A stretch of 51,623 nucleotides of DNA from an uncultured Clostridium sp. (GCA_947061115.1 CAMSMU010000002.1:1-51623); one strand, 5' to 3'. Shown: positions 29,310-39,491, counted from the stretch's first letter. The notes: generated by a model from the sequence alone, not told the origin. Made by a program: numbers and translations.

Positions 29310-30211
29310 TGAAAGAAGAAGTAATATCTCATTTAGAACCAAAATCACCTATATCAGAAGTGTTTAGAGCATTAAGAACAAATTTACAATTTATGTATAA
29401 ATTAGATACATGCCAAACAATATTAATAACAAGCACAGTTCAATCAGAAGGTAAAAGCTTAGTTGCATCAAATTTAGCTACAACTTTTGCACAAGCTGGA
29501 AAAAGAACATTACTAATAGATTCAGATATGAGAAGACCAAGACAATATACAATATTTTCAACTAAAAGTTCACCAGGGCTTTCAAATTATTTATCTAATA
29601 TTATTAGTAATGAAAAGAAAGATAATCTAAGTGCAGCAGAGTGCATAGTAAAAACAGAAATAGAAAATTTGTCACTACTTCCAGCAGGAGATATACCTCC
29701 TAATCCATCTGAATTATTATTATCTTCTAGAATAGAAGAACTAATAAAAGAGGTATCAGAAAATTTTGATACTGTAATATTTGATGGTGCACCATGCCTG
29801 TTAGTTACAGACTCAGTAATTTTATCAAGATTAGTGAGCCAAACACTATTAGTTACAAGTTACAAAAATACTAAAAAGGATGATTTAAGAGAAGTAAAAA
29901 AGAGAATAGATAATATAGGTGGAAATATTGTAGGAGTAGTATTAAATAAAGTTGAAATATCAGCAAAAAAATATGATAGTAAATATTATTATTATTCTAA
30001 TACAGCAAAAGAAGAAATAGTAGAAGATAATAAAATTTCTATGAAAACAAATATAAAAGATGCTGAAAAAAATATAGAAAATACTAAAAATGAAATAGAG
30101 AAAGAGCAACAAGAAAATAAAGAAAACAGTATAGAAATGATAGATAACGAAAATGATATATCAGATAAAACAAAGGAAATATTAGCAGATATAGAAAAAT
30201 TTGAAGAATAA
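29309..30211 (+). CDS. CpsD/YwqD-type tyrosine autokinase (BY-kinase) with a long acidic C-terminal tail
   Basis: Walker A-like SEGKS, LLIDSDMRRP, VIFDGAP and the tyrosine cluster KYDSKYYYYS. Confidence 0.85.
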   Translation: MKEEVISHLEPKSPISEVFRALRTNLQFMYKLDTCQTILITSTVQSEGKSLVASNLATTFAQAGKRTLLIDSDMRRPRQYTIFSTKSSPGLSNYLSNIISNEKKDNLSAAECIVKTEIENLSLLPAGDIPPNPSELLLSSRIEELIKEVSENFDTVIFDGAPCLLVTDSVILSRLVSQTLLVTSYKNTKKDDLREVKKRIDNIGGNIVGVVLNKVEISAKKYDSKYYYYSNTAKEEIVEDNKISMKTNIKDAEKNIENTKNEIEKEQQENKENSIEMIDNENDISDKTKEILADIEKFEE

Positions 30212-30240
30212 AATATAGTGACAGTTATAAAGGAGAAAAA

Positions 30241-30999
30241 ATGGTAGATATACACTCACATATTCTTCCAGGAATAGATGATGGAGCAAGCAATATAAAT
30301 GAAACATTTGCAATGATACAAGAAGCCTGTGATGCTGGATTTACAGACATTTTTTCTACTTCACATTATATAGAAAATGAATACGAATTTAGCAAAATAG
30401 AAAGAGAACATATAATTAATGCAATAATGAAAAAAGTAGAAGAAAAAGGTATAAATATAAAAATACATGTAGGTGCAGAAGCATATATATCTAATAACTT
30501 ACCACAATTAATAAAAGACAAAAAAGTTGCAACATTAGGAAACAGTAGATATGTTTTATTTGAATTACCACTAAATGCTAAAGTGATGTACACAGAAAGT
30601 ATAATAGATGAGCTTATAAGGATGAATTTAATTCCAGTTATTGCACATCCTGAAAGATATGAAATGGTGAAAAAAGAACCTAATATAGTATTAGAATGGA
30701 TTGCAAGAGGAACTTTAATGCAATGTAATTATGGAGGTATAATAGGCATATATGGAAATGAAGCTCAAAATACTTTAGTGAAATTATTAAAAGCAGATGC
30801 AGTACATTTTTTAGGAACAGATTGTCATAGATCAAACAGTATATATACAAAAATGGAAGAAATAGAAAAAAGTTTTATAAAAGAAATAGGACAAGACAAA
30901 TTTAATATATTAAGTATAGAAAATCCTAAATCAGTTATAAATAATGAAAAAATACAAATACAAAAACCTAATATGATAAAAAATAGTTTTTTTAGTTGA
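30241..30999 (+). CDS. CpsB/YwqE-type PHP-family tyrosine phosphatase
   Basis: MVDIHSHILPGIDDGA N-terminus, IAHPERY and GTDCH motifs. Confidence 0.85.
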   Translation: MVDIHSHILPGIDDGASNINETFAMIQEACDAGFTDIFSTSHYIENEYEFSKIEREHIINAIMKKVEEKGINIKIHVGAEAYISNNLPQLIKDKKVATLGNSRYVLFELPLNAKVMYTESIIDELIRMNLIPVIAHPERYEMVKKEPNIVLEWIARGTLMQCNYGGIIGIYGNEAQNTLVKLLKADAVHFLGTDCHRSNSIYTKMEEIEKSFIKEIGQDKFNILSIENPKSVINNEKIQIQKPNMIKNSFFS

Positions 31000-31021
31000 A
31001 TAGAAATTATATTATACAACA

Positions 31022-31052
31022 AAGCACTGCAGGTAGTTTACCTGCAGTGCTT
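31022..31052. terminator. Bidirectional hairpin terminator between convergent genes
   Basis: 13-bp perfect stem aagcactgcaggt/acctgcagtgctt with a 5-nt loop. Confidence 0.7.
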
Positions 31053-31075
31053 ACTAATTCAATATTCAGTTGTCT

Positions 31076-31171
31076 TTATTTCATATGTTTGTTGCTGTAT
31101 TCAGGATCCTTGCTGTTGTAGTAGTTCTGAATGATGATGATTCCTTTTTTTGTGTAGATTACACTTGACAT
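31076..31171 (-). CDS. Unannotated 31-aa protein MSSVIYTKKGIIIIQNYYNSKDPEYSNKHMK
   Basis: SD AAAGGAGAAAG lies 5 nt from the ATG. It has its own consensus promoter and a terminator 24 nt after the stop. Too short for the ORF track. Confidence 0.45.
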   Translation of the reverse strand: MSSVIYTKKGIIIIQNYYNSKDPEYSNKHMK

Positions 31172-31223
31172 ATGTGCTTTCTCCTTTGAATGTGATATTT
31201 AGTATAAATATATACTTATACAT

Positions 31224-31252
31224 AGTATATCATAATTGTTTACATAAGTCAA
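31224..31252 (-). promoter_or_regulatory. Sigma-A promoter TTGACT -17 nt- TATACT for the 31-aa gene
   Basis: Reverse complement of 31224-31252 read directly. Confidence 0.55.
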
Positions 31253-31321
31253 ATAACAAGTGATATTATTAAGAAAATCTTAATTTATTTAATTAAATTA
31301 CTTTAAGTTTTTTTATATATA

Positions 31322-31330
31322 TGATAGAAT
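31322..31330 (+). promoter_or_regulatory. Extended -10 element TGaTAGAAT upstream of pyrH
   Basis: Read directly, about 55 nt upstream of the pyrH start. Confidence 0.4.
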
Positions 31331-31384
31331 ACAAAAAAATATAAATAGTGGAATTTACATAAGTTCAAGATAGGAGTGAAAGTT

Positions 31385-32092
31385 TTGGAGAAAGTAAAAT
31401 ATAAAAAAGTATTATTAAAATTAAGTGGAGAAGCGCTAGCAGGAGATGAAGGTACTGGTATAGACGAAAAAACAATGAATGATATATGTGATTCAATTAA
31501 AAAATTATATGATATGAATGTAAAGATATCAATTGTTGTTGGTGGAGGAAATTTCTGGAGAGGAAAATATGGAAAAAATATGGTAAAAACAACAGCAGAC
31601 TATATGGGGATGCTTGCAACTGTAATGAACAGTTTAGCACTTCAAGATGCAATTGAAAAAAGAGGTATAGCTGTTAGAGTTCAAACTGCAATAGAAATGA
31701 GACAAATAGCAGAACCATTTATTCAAAGAAAAGCAGAAAGACATTTAGAAAAAGATAGAGTAGTTATATTTTCATGTGGTACAGGACATCCATTTTTCTC
31801 AACAGATACTACAGCAGCATTAAGAGCAGCAGAAATGAATGTAGATGCAATTTTAGTTGCTAAAACAATAGATGGAGTTTACAATGCAGATCCAAAAGTA
31901 GATAAAGAAGCAAAAAAATATGATCATATAACTTATCAAGAAATATTAGAAAAAGACTTAAAGGTTATGGATTCAACAGCAATTTCATTGTGCAAAGATA
32001 ATAATATACCACTCGTTGTATTTGCAATGAGCGATCCAGAAAATATTGTAAGAGCAGTAAAAGGTGAAAATATAGGTACATATGTTGATTAA
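31385..32092 (+). CDS. pyrH: UMP kinase
   Basis: [23 protein letters not shown] and [11 protein letters not shown] motifs. TTG 31385 is 8 nt after SD AGGAG; the track's GTG 31376 overlaps the SD. Confidence 0.95.
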   Translation: MEKVKYKKVLLKLSGEALAGDEGTGIDEKTMNDICDSIKKLYDMNVKISIVVGGGNFWRGKYGKNMVKTTADYMGMLATVMNSLALQDAIEKRGIAVRVQTAIEMRQIAEPFIQRKAERHLEKDRVVIFSCGTGHPFFSTDTTAALRAAEMNVDAILVAKTIDGVYNADPKVDKEAKKYDHITYQEILEKDLKVMDSTAISLCKDNNIPLVVFAMSDPENIVRAVKGENIGTYVD

Positions 32093-32128
32093 AAAATAAT
32101 ATAAATTAAAATAAGGGAGAATGTTATT

Positions 32129-32677
32129 ATGAGTTTAGAAAATTTAAATGAAAAAATGGAAAAAGTAATAGATAATTTAGAAGAAAATTATTCAGAAGTA
32201 AGAGCAGGAAGAGCAAATCCAGCAATACTTAACAAAGTAATGGTAGAATATTATGGTACACCAACACCAATAAATCAAGTTGCAAGTGTATCAGTACCAG
32301 AAGCAAGACTTATTACAATTCAACCATGGGATAGAAGTTTACTTTCACCAGTAGAAAAAGCTATTGAAAAAGCAGATATCGGAATACATCCAATGAATGA
32401 TGGAAATATAATACGTTTAGCATTTCCAGAACTTACAGAAGAAAGAAGAAAAGAATTAGTAAAAGATATAAAAAAGATGGCAGAAGAAGCAAAAGTAGCT
32501 GTAAGAAATGTTAGAAGAGATGAAATGGATAAAGCTAAAGAACAACTAAAAAACAAAGAATTATCAGAGGATGAAGAAAGAGCTTTAGAAGATAAAATAC
32601 AAAAAGAAACAGATAAATATGTAGCAAAAATAGATGAAATATCTGATAAAAAAGAAAAAGAAATAATGTCAGTATAA
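32129..32677 (+). CDS. frr: Ribosome recycling factor
   Basis: VRAGRANPAILNKVMVEYYGTPTPINQVA...PELTEERRKELVK. Confidence 0.95.
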   Translation: MSLENLNEKMEKVIDNLEENYSEVRAGRANPAILNKVMVEYYGTPTPINQVASVSVPEARLITIQPWDRSLLSPVEKAIEKADIGIHPMNDGNIIRLAFPELTEERRKELVKDIKKMAEEAKVAVRNVRRDEMDKAKEQLKNKELSEDEERALEDKIQKETDKYVAKIDEISDKKEKEIMSV

Positions 32678-32727
32678 AACAAATATATAGTTAGTAGATA
32701 ACAAGAAATTTAGAAAGGTTAATTAAT

Positions 32728-33435
32728 ATGGAAGAAAAAATATTGCCTAAGCATATTGCAATAATTATGGATGGTAATAGAAGATGGGCAAAGGAACATG
32801 GAATAGAGAGTAGTTTAGGGCATAAAAAAGGTGCAGAAGTTTTAGAAAAAATTGCAAAATATTGCAATAAAATAGGAATAGAAGCTTTAACAGTATATGC
32901 ATTTTCTACAGAGAACTGGAAGAGAACAAAAGAAGAAGTGGGAGCAATAATGCTTTTACTTCAAATGTATTTAGATAAATTTCTTAAATCTGCTGATTTA
33001 GATAACATTAAATTAAGAATAATTGGTGATAGAGAAAACAATATGCCAGAAGAAATAAAAACAAAGATGCTTAAGATGGAAGAAAAAACAAAAAATAATA
33101 CAGGATTAAAATTCAACATAGCATTTAATTATGGTGGTAGAGATGAAATAGTAAAAGCTGTGCAAAGTATTTCAAAACAAGTAAAAGAAGGAAAAATTAA
33201 TATAGAAGATATAAATGAAGAAACAGTAGCTAATAATTTATATACAAAAGGGTTACCAGATCCAGATCTTTTAATACGTACAAGTGGAGAATTAAGAACG
33301 AGTAATTTTTTACCTTGGCAAATCACATATTCTGAATTTTTAGTTTTAGACAAATATTGGCCAGACTTTACTATAGAAGATATTGAATTTGCCATACAAG
33401 AATATGAAAAGAGGAACAGAAGAGTAGGAAAATAA
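32728..33435 (+). CDS. uppS: Undecaprenyl diphosphate synthase
   Basis: HIAIIMDGNRRWA, FSTENWKR and LIRTSGELRTSNFLPWQ motifs. Confidence 0.95.
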   Translation: MEEKILPKHIAIIMDGNRRWAKEHGIESSLGHKKGAEVLEKIAKYCNKIGIEALTVYAFSTENWKRTKEEVGAIMLLLQMYLDKFLKSADLDNIKLRIIGDRENNMPEEIKTKMLKMEEKTKNNTGLKFNIAFNYGGRDEIVKAVQSISKQVKEGKINIEDINEETVANNLYTKGLPDPDLLIRTSGELRTSNFLPWQITYSEFLVLDKYWPDFTIEDIEFAIQEYEKRNRRVGK

Positions 33436-33455
33436 TAATAGAAAGGAAAAAATTA

Positions 33456-34301
33456 ATGAATAAAGAAAAAATGGCAGAAACAGTATCAAGAACATTAACA
33501 GCTGTAATTGCTTTTCCACTTATTGCACTAATACTTATATTTGCAAATACTTTAATAATAGATATTTTTGTTGCGATTATTGCAATTATTAGCATGTATG
33601 AATATTATAATTGCTTTAAGATTTCAAAAAAGGCTAAACCAATCCAGTATATAGGATATATAATTTGTGTATTAATAGCGTTTGTACATTTTATAGATAC
33701 AAGAACACTTTATATGATAATGTGTGCAATTATACCAATATCGTTACTGATTTCATTTATACATCTTATTATATCAAATGGAAAAACAAATATAAAAGAT
33801 GTAGCAATTACAATTCTTGGTGTTTGTTATGTTCCATTAATGACAATATATCTTTCACTAATTAGAAATATGGAATTAGGAAATAATTTAAATGGAAAAA
33901 TGCTAATTTGGTTTGTTCTTTTTGCATCATGGGGAAGTGATGTTTTTGCATATTTCATAGGAAGGCATTTTGGAAAACATCATTTTACAAATATAAGTAA
34001 AAATAAAACTATAGAAGGTTCAATTGCTGGCATAATAGGAGCAGTAGCATTAGGTATACTTTATACTGTTTTGTGTAATAATGTATGGGGAACTGAAATA
34101 AATTATATAATAATTGGAATTACGATAGCTATACTTAGCATAATTGGTCAAATAGGAGATTTAGCAGCATCAAGTATTAAAAGATATTGTGAAGTAAAAG
34201 ATTTTGGAGATATTATTTATGGCCATGGAGGAATGTTAGATAGAGTTGATAGTATTATATTTTTACTTCCTTTCGCATATATATTATTTAGCTTATTATA
34301 G
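33456..34301 (+). CDS. cdsA: Phosphatidate cytidylyltransferase
   Basis: Polytopic membrane protein with SDVFAYFIGRHFGKH, KTIEGSIAG and GHGGMLDRVDS motifs. Confidence 0.9.
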   Translation: MNKEKMAETVSRTLTAVIAFPLIALILIFANTLIIDIFVAIIAIISMYEYYNCFKISKKAKPIQYIGYIICVLIAFVHFIDTRTLYMIMCAIIPISLLISFIHLIISNGKTNIKDVAITILGVCYVPLMTIYLSLIRNMELGNNLNGKMLIWFVLFASWGSDVFAYFIGRHFGKHHFTNISKNKTIEGSIAGIIGAVALGILYTVLCNNVWGTEINYIIIGITIAILSIIGQIGDLAASSIKRYCEVKDFGDIIYGHGGMLDRVDSIIFLLPFAYILFSLL

Positions 34302-34310
34302 GAGGATAAA

Positions 34311-35069
34311 TTGGGTTTTATTATAACAGCAATCAAAATAATATTTTTATTAGGATTTTTAATAATAATACATGAGGGTGGGCATTTTTTAGCTTGCAGA
34401 TTGTGTAAAGTTAAAGTTAATGAATTTGCTATTGGATTTGGACCAAAAATATGGTCCAAAAAAACAAAAGAAACAAATTATGAATTACGATTAATACCAT
34501 TTGGTGGATTTGTTAGTATGGAAGGAGAAGAAGAGCATTCTAACATAGAAGGCTCTTTTAGTAAGGCAAGCAGGCCTAAAAGATTCGCAATTATATGTGC
34601 AGGAGCTTTGGTTAATATTATTTTTGGTATATTGGCATATATGATATTGATATTTGTAATATATATGAATACTAACCAATCAGGAATTTTAGAATCAGTA
34701 TCATATGCTGCAAATAGTACACAAACACTTATATCTTCAATGTTTGAAGGTATTATAATGCTATTTACAGGAAAAGTTTCATTAAATGATATGGTAGGTC
34801 CTGTTGGAATTTCTCAAATGGTATCTCAAACATCAGGAATATCACAATTTATATACCTTTTATCAGTAATATCAATTTCATTAGGAATAACCAATTTATT
34901 ACCATTTGTACCACTAGATGGAGGCAAAGCTGTTCTTATAATAATTGAAGCAATTAGAAATAAGCCATTAAAGCAAGAAACAGAGTTAAAAATACAATCA
35001 ATAGGATTTTTGGTATTAATTATTTTCTCAGTATTTGTAGCATATAATGACATAGTTAGATTAGTTTAA
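34311..35069 (+). CDS. rseP: M50-family site-2 protease in the RseP/RasP position, with no PDZ domain
   Basis: HEGGHFLACR zinc motif, NLLPFVPLDGG and a TTG start with SD AGGAGG. At 252 aa there is no room for a PDZ insert. Confidence 0.8.
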   Translation: MGFIITAIKIIFLLGFLIIIHEGGHFLACRLCKVKVNEFAIGFGPKIWSKKTKETNYELRLIPFGGFVSMEGEEEHSNIEGSFSKASRPKRFAIICAGALVNIIFGILAYMILIFVIYMNTNQSGILESVSYAANSTQTLISSMFEGIIMLFTGKVSLNDMVGPVGISQMVSQTSGISQFIYLLSVISISLGITNLLPFVPLDGGKAVLIIIEAIRNKPLKQETELKIQSIGFLVLIIFSVFVAYNDIVRLV

Positions 35070-35120
35070 GATATCAAAAGATAAATAAATTGATTTAAAT
35101 AGATATTTTGGGGGCAAGAA

Positions 35121-38100
35121 ATGGAACAATCACACACAGATATAAAAAAGATAAAAAATGTATTTTTAGATTATAGCTCAAATAGCTTTTCTTTTTCTGA
35201 TGCTGAAATTTTAAATATAAATCTATATAGAAAAACAAATAAATTAGAAATGTTTTTAAAAACAGATAATTATATTAATATAGACGAAATTTACAAATTT
35301 GAAAAATATGCTATAAAAAGATTTAATATATCTGGTGTAGAACTCAAAATTGAAATTGAAAAAAAAGAAGAACCACCAATCAAAGAAGAATGGAATAATA
35401 TACTTACATACTTTTCAAATAAAAATCCTATGGCAAAAGCATTTTTAAAAGATAGTGAAATAGATTTTAATAATGGACTAAATGTACATATAAAAGTAAA
35501 AGGAAAAGAAATATTAGAAAAGCAAGGAATATCTACTAAATTTTCTGAATATTTAAAGGATATATATGGAGTAGGATACAAAGTTAATTTTATAGAGGAA
35601 AACAGTAATGATTACGAAAAAGCTTTTCAAGAAAAAAATGAAAATATAATAAAAAGTTTATCACAAGAAGTACAAAATAATGTACATGAAAAGCCAGAAA
35701 TAAAAGATAATAAAAGTGCAGAAATATCTAAAGAAAAGATTGAAAAAGTAGAAAAAGAAATTATACAAGAAACAGAAGAAATTGATTCTCCAGTTATTCA
35801 TGGAAGAAATGCAAATATAAGGGAACCATTAATGAAAATAGAAGATATATCTATTGATACATCAGATGTTCAAATTGCAGGAGAAATAGTAAAAGTAGCT
35901 GATCCAACAGAATTAAAAAAGAGCGGAAAGTTTTTATTTTCATTTGATGTATATGATGGAACAAGTACAATTACTTGTAAGATTTTTGTTCTTCCAGAAA
36001 ATAAAAACTCAGTTTCAAAAAAGATAAAAGAAGGCAATGGAGTTAAAGTTGGAGGAAAGGCTGCTTTTGATAACTTTGCTAAAGAAATAACAATAATAGC
36101 AAGCACAGTAGTGGAAGGAGAACCACTTAAAAAAGTTTCAAGAATGGATAATTCAGAAGTAAAAAGAGTAGAACTTCATATGCATACACAGATGAGTCAA
36201 ATGGATGCAGTAACACCTGTTAAAGACTTAATTAAACGTGCAATGAAATGGGGCATGAAATCAATTGCTATAACAGATCATGGCGTAGTTCAATCTTTTC
36301 CAGATTCACATAAAATGTTGGGATATGATAATAAAGATATAAAAATTCTTTATGGCGTAGAGGGATATTTAGTACCTGACAAAAATCAGATAGTAACAAA
36401 AGGAAAAGGACAACCATTAGAAGATACTATTTATTGTGTATTTGATTTAGAAACAACAGGAATATCTTTTAGAACAGAAAAAATAACAGAAATAGGAATA
36501 ATGAAAATAAAAAATGGAGAAGTAATTGATACATTTGAAACATTCGTAAATCCAGAAAAACCAATTCCTATGAATGTACAACAAATAACAAATATAACAG
36601 ATGAAATGGTAAAAGATGCTCCAACAATAGAGAAAATAATGCCGAAAGTATTGGAATTTTTTGGAGATTCAGTATTAGTAGCACATAATGCAGATTTTGA
36701 TACAAGTTTTATAAAATATAATTGTGATAAAATGGGGCTTAAATTTGAAAATACATATCTAGATACATTAAGATTAGCAAAAGATTTATTTCCAGATTTT
36801 AAAAAATATAAATTAGGTATTATTGCAGAAAATTTAGGAATAAAAGTAGAAGTTGCACATAGGGCTTTAGACGATGTTGATACAACTGTAAAAGTTTTTA
36901 ATGTAATGATGAAAATGCTAAAAGAAAAGGGTATAAAAACATTACAAGAAATGGACGAAGAAGAAGGGAAAAATGCTAACTATAAAAAACTTAGAAGCTA
37001 TCATATAATAATACTTGCACAAAATTATATAGGTCTTAGGAATTTATATAAATTAGTATCATTATCACATATTAATTACTTTTATAAAAGACCACTTATA
37101 TTAAAATCATTATTAAAAAAATATTCAGAAGGACTAATAATAGGATCAGCTTGTGATCAAGGAGAACTTTACCAAGCAATATTAGGTGGCAGATCGGATG
37201 AAGATATAGAAGAAATAGCTAAAGAATATGATTACTTAGAGATCCAACCAATAGGAAATGATGATTATTTAGTAAGAAATGGAACTCTTCAAAGCAAAGA
37301 AGATCTGAAAAATATAGTTAGAAAAATAGTAGATTTAGGAGAAAAATTAGACAAACCAGTTTGCGCAACTTGTGATGTGCATTTTATGGATCCACAAGAT
37401 GAAATATATAGAAGAATCCTTCAAGCAGGACAAGGATATGAAGACGCAGATATGCAAGCACCATTATATTTAAGAACAACAGAAGAAATGTTAAATGAAT
37501 TTGAATTTTTAGGAAAAGAAAAAGCATATGAAGTTGTAGTAACAAACACAAATAAAATATCAGATATGTGTGAAAGAATAAGTCCAATTTCACCAGAAAA
37601 ATGTCCACCACATATTCCAGGATGTGAAGAAACTATAAAACAGATTGCATATGATAAAGCACATGAATTATATGGAGAAAATTTACCAAAAATTGTACAA
37701 GAAAGGCTAGATAAAGAATTAGACTCAATTATAAAAAATGGTTTCTCAGTAATGTATATCATTGCACAAAAATTAGTGTGGAAATCAAATGAGGATGGAT
37801 ATATAGTAGGATCAAGAGGTTCAGTAGGATCTTCATTTGTAGCTAATATGACAGGTATAACAGAAGTAAACTCTCTTCCACCACATTATAGATGTCCTAA
37901 ATGTAAATATTCAGACTTTACTGATTATGGTGTAAAAAATGGTTTTGACCTTCCAGATAAAGAATGTCCTAATTGTGGTAATTTATTGGATAAAGATGGA
38001 TTAGATATACCATTTGAAACATTCCTTGGATTTAATGGAGATAAGGAACCAGATATAGATCTTAACTTCTCAGGAGAATATCAAGCAAAAGCACATAAAT

Positions 38101-39491
38101 ACACAGAAGTAATATTTGGCAAAGGAACAACATTTAAAGCTGGAACAGTAGGAACAATAGCAGACAAAACTGCATTTGGATATGTAAAAAAGTATTATGA
38201 TGAAAAAGGAATACCAATAAGTAATGCAGAAGTTGCAAGAGAAGCTAAAGGGTGTACAGGGATAAAAAGAACAACAGGTCAGCATCCTGGTGGAATTATA
38301 GTAGTTCCAAAAGGGAGAGAAATTTATGAATTTACACCTGTACAGCATCCAGCAGATGACTCTGAATCAGATATTATTACAACACATTTTGATTATCACT
38401 CAATAGATCAAAACTTACTTAAACTAGATATATTAGGACATGATGATCCAACAGTAATACGTATGCTTTATGATATAACTGGATTAGATCCAACTAAAGT
38501 GCCTCTTGATGATAAAGAGACAATGTCTATTTATTCATCAACAGATGCATTAGGAGTAACAAAAGAGCAAATACATTCAGATGTAGGTACATTCGGCATA
38601 CCAGAATCAGGAACTAAATTTGTAAGAGGAATGCTTAAAGATACAAAGCCTACAACATTTGAAGAACTACTAAGAATTTCAGGACTTTCACATGGTACTG
38701 ATGTGTGGCTGGGAAATGCACAAGAACTTATAAATAATAAAACAGCAACATTAAGTGAAGTTATATGTACACGTGATGATATAATGTTATATTTAATAAA
38801 GCAGGGACTAGAACCCAATACAGCATTTAAAATAATGGAACTTGTTCGTAAAGGAAAGGTTGCTAAAGAACCAGAAAAGTGGGCAAAATTCAAAGCTATA
38901 ATGGAAGAAAATAATGTACCTGAATGGTATATTGACTCATGTAATAAAATAAAATACCTATTTCCAAAAGCTCATGCTGCTGCATATGTTACAAATGCAT
39001 TTAGAATAGCATGGTATAAAGTACATATTCCCAAAGCATATTATTGTGCATATTTTTCAATTAGAGCAGATGCATTTGATAGTGATGTAATGTGTCATGG
39101 AAAAGAAAAAGTTAAAAACGAAATGAGAAGAATAGAACTATTAGGTCAAGCAGCAACACAAAAGGATACATCAAGTTACGAAACATTAGAAATTGTCAAT
39201 GAAATGTATGAAAGAGGAATAGACTTTCTGCCTATAGATTTATATAAATCTAGTAGTACAAAATTTATAATGGAAGATGAAGGAATAAGACCTCCTTTAA
39301 ATAGTATACCAGGTTTTGGAACTGTTGCAGCACAAGGAATAGAAGAAGCAAGAAAAGATGGAGAGTTTATGTCTATTAATGACTTAAAATTAAGAGCGAA
39401 ATTAGGAAAAAGTGGAATTGAAATGTTACAAAATGCAGGATGTTTAAAAGGAATGAGTTTAAGTAATCAAATTAGTTTATTTAATTTTTAA
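35121..39491 (+). CDS. polC: DNA polymerase III alpha subunit, PolC type
   Basis: 1456 aa. PHP domain (VELHMHTQMS), inserted DEDDh exonuclease (CVFDLETTG...VAHNADFD...HRALDD), Zn finger (CPKC...CPNCG) and polymerase core. Confidence 0.97.
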   Translation: MEQSHTDIKKIKNVFLDYSSNSFSFSDAEILNINLYRKTNKLEMFLKTDNYINIDEIYKFEKYAIKRFNISGVELKIEIEKKEEPPIKEEWNNILTYFSNKNPMAKAFLKDSEIDFNNGLNVHIKVKGKEILEKQGISTKFSEYLKDIYGVGYKVNFIEENSNDYEKAFQEKNENIIKSLSQEVQNNVHEKPEIKDNKSAEISKEKIEKVEKEIIQETEEIDSPVIHGRNANIREPLMKIEDISIDTSDVQIAGEIVKVADPTELKKSGKFLFSFDVYDGTSTITCKIFVLPENKNSVSKKIKEGNGVKVGGKAAFDNFAKEITIIASTVVEGEPLKKVSRMDNSEVKRVELHMHTQMSQMDAVTPVKDLIKRAMKWGMKSIAITDHGVVQSFPDSHKMLGYDNKDIKILYGVEGYLVPDKNQIVTKGKGQPLEDTIYCVFDLETTGISFRTEKITEIGIMKIKNGEVIDTFETFVNPEKPIPMNVQQITNITDEMVKDAPTIEKIMPKVLEFFGDSVLVAHNADFDTSFIKYNCDKMGLKFENTYLDTLRLAKDLFPDFKKYKLGIIAENLGIKVEVAHRALDDVDTTVKVFNVMMKMLKEKGIKTLQEMDEEEGKNANYKKLRSYHIIILAQNYIGLRNLYKLVSLSHINYFYKRPLILKSLLKKYSEGLIIGSACDQGELYQAILGGRSDEDIEEIAKEYDYLEIQPIGNDDYLVRNGTLQSKEDLKNIVRKIVDLGEKLDKPVCATCDVHFMDPQDEIYRRILQAGQGYEDADMQAPLYLRTTEEMLNEFEFLGKEKAYEVVVTNTNKISDMCERISPISPEKCPPHIPGCEETIKQIAYDKAHELYGENLPKIVQERLDKELDSIIKNGFSVMYIIAQKLVWKSNEDGYIVGSRGSVGSSFVANMTGITEVNSLPPHYRCPKCKYSDFTDYGVKNGFDLPDKECPNCGNLLDKDGLDIPFETFLGFNGDKEPDIDLNFSGEYQAKAHKYTEVIFGKGTTFKAGTVGTIADKTAFGYVKKYYDEKGIPISNAEVAREAKGCTGIKRTTGQHPGGIIVVPKGREIYEFTPVQHPADDSESDIITTHFDYHSIDQNLLKLDILGHDDPTVIRMLYDITGLDPTKVPLDDKETMSIYSSTDALGVTKEQIHSDVGTFGIPESGTKFVRGMLKDTKPTTFEELLRISGLSHGTDVWLGNAQELINNKTATLSEVICTRDDIMLYLIKQGLEPNTAFKIMELVRKGKVAKEPEKWAKFKAIMEENNVPEWYIDSCNKIKYLFPKAHAAAYVTNAFRIAWYKVHIPKAYYCAYFSIRADAFDSDVMCHGKEKVKNEMRRIELLGQAATQKDTSSYETLEIVNEMYERGIDFLPIDLYKSSSTKFIMEDEGIRPPLNSIPGFGTVAAQGIEEARKDGEFMSINDLKLRAKLGKSGIEMLQNAGCLKGMSLSNQISLFNF

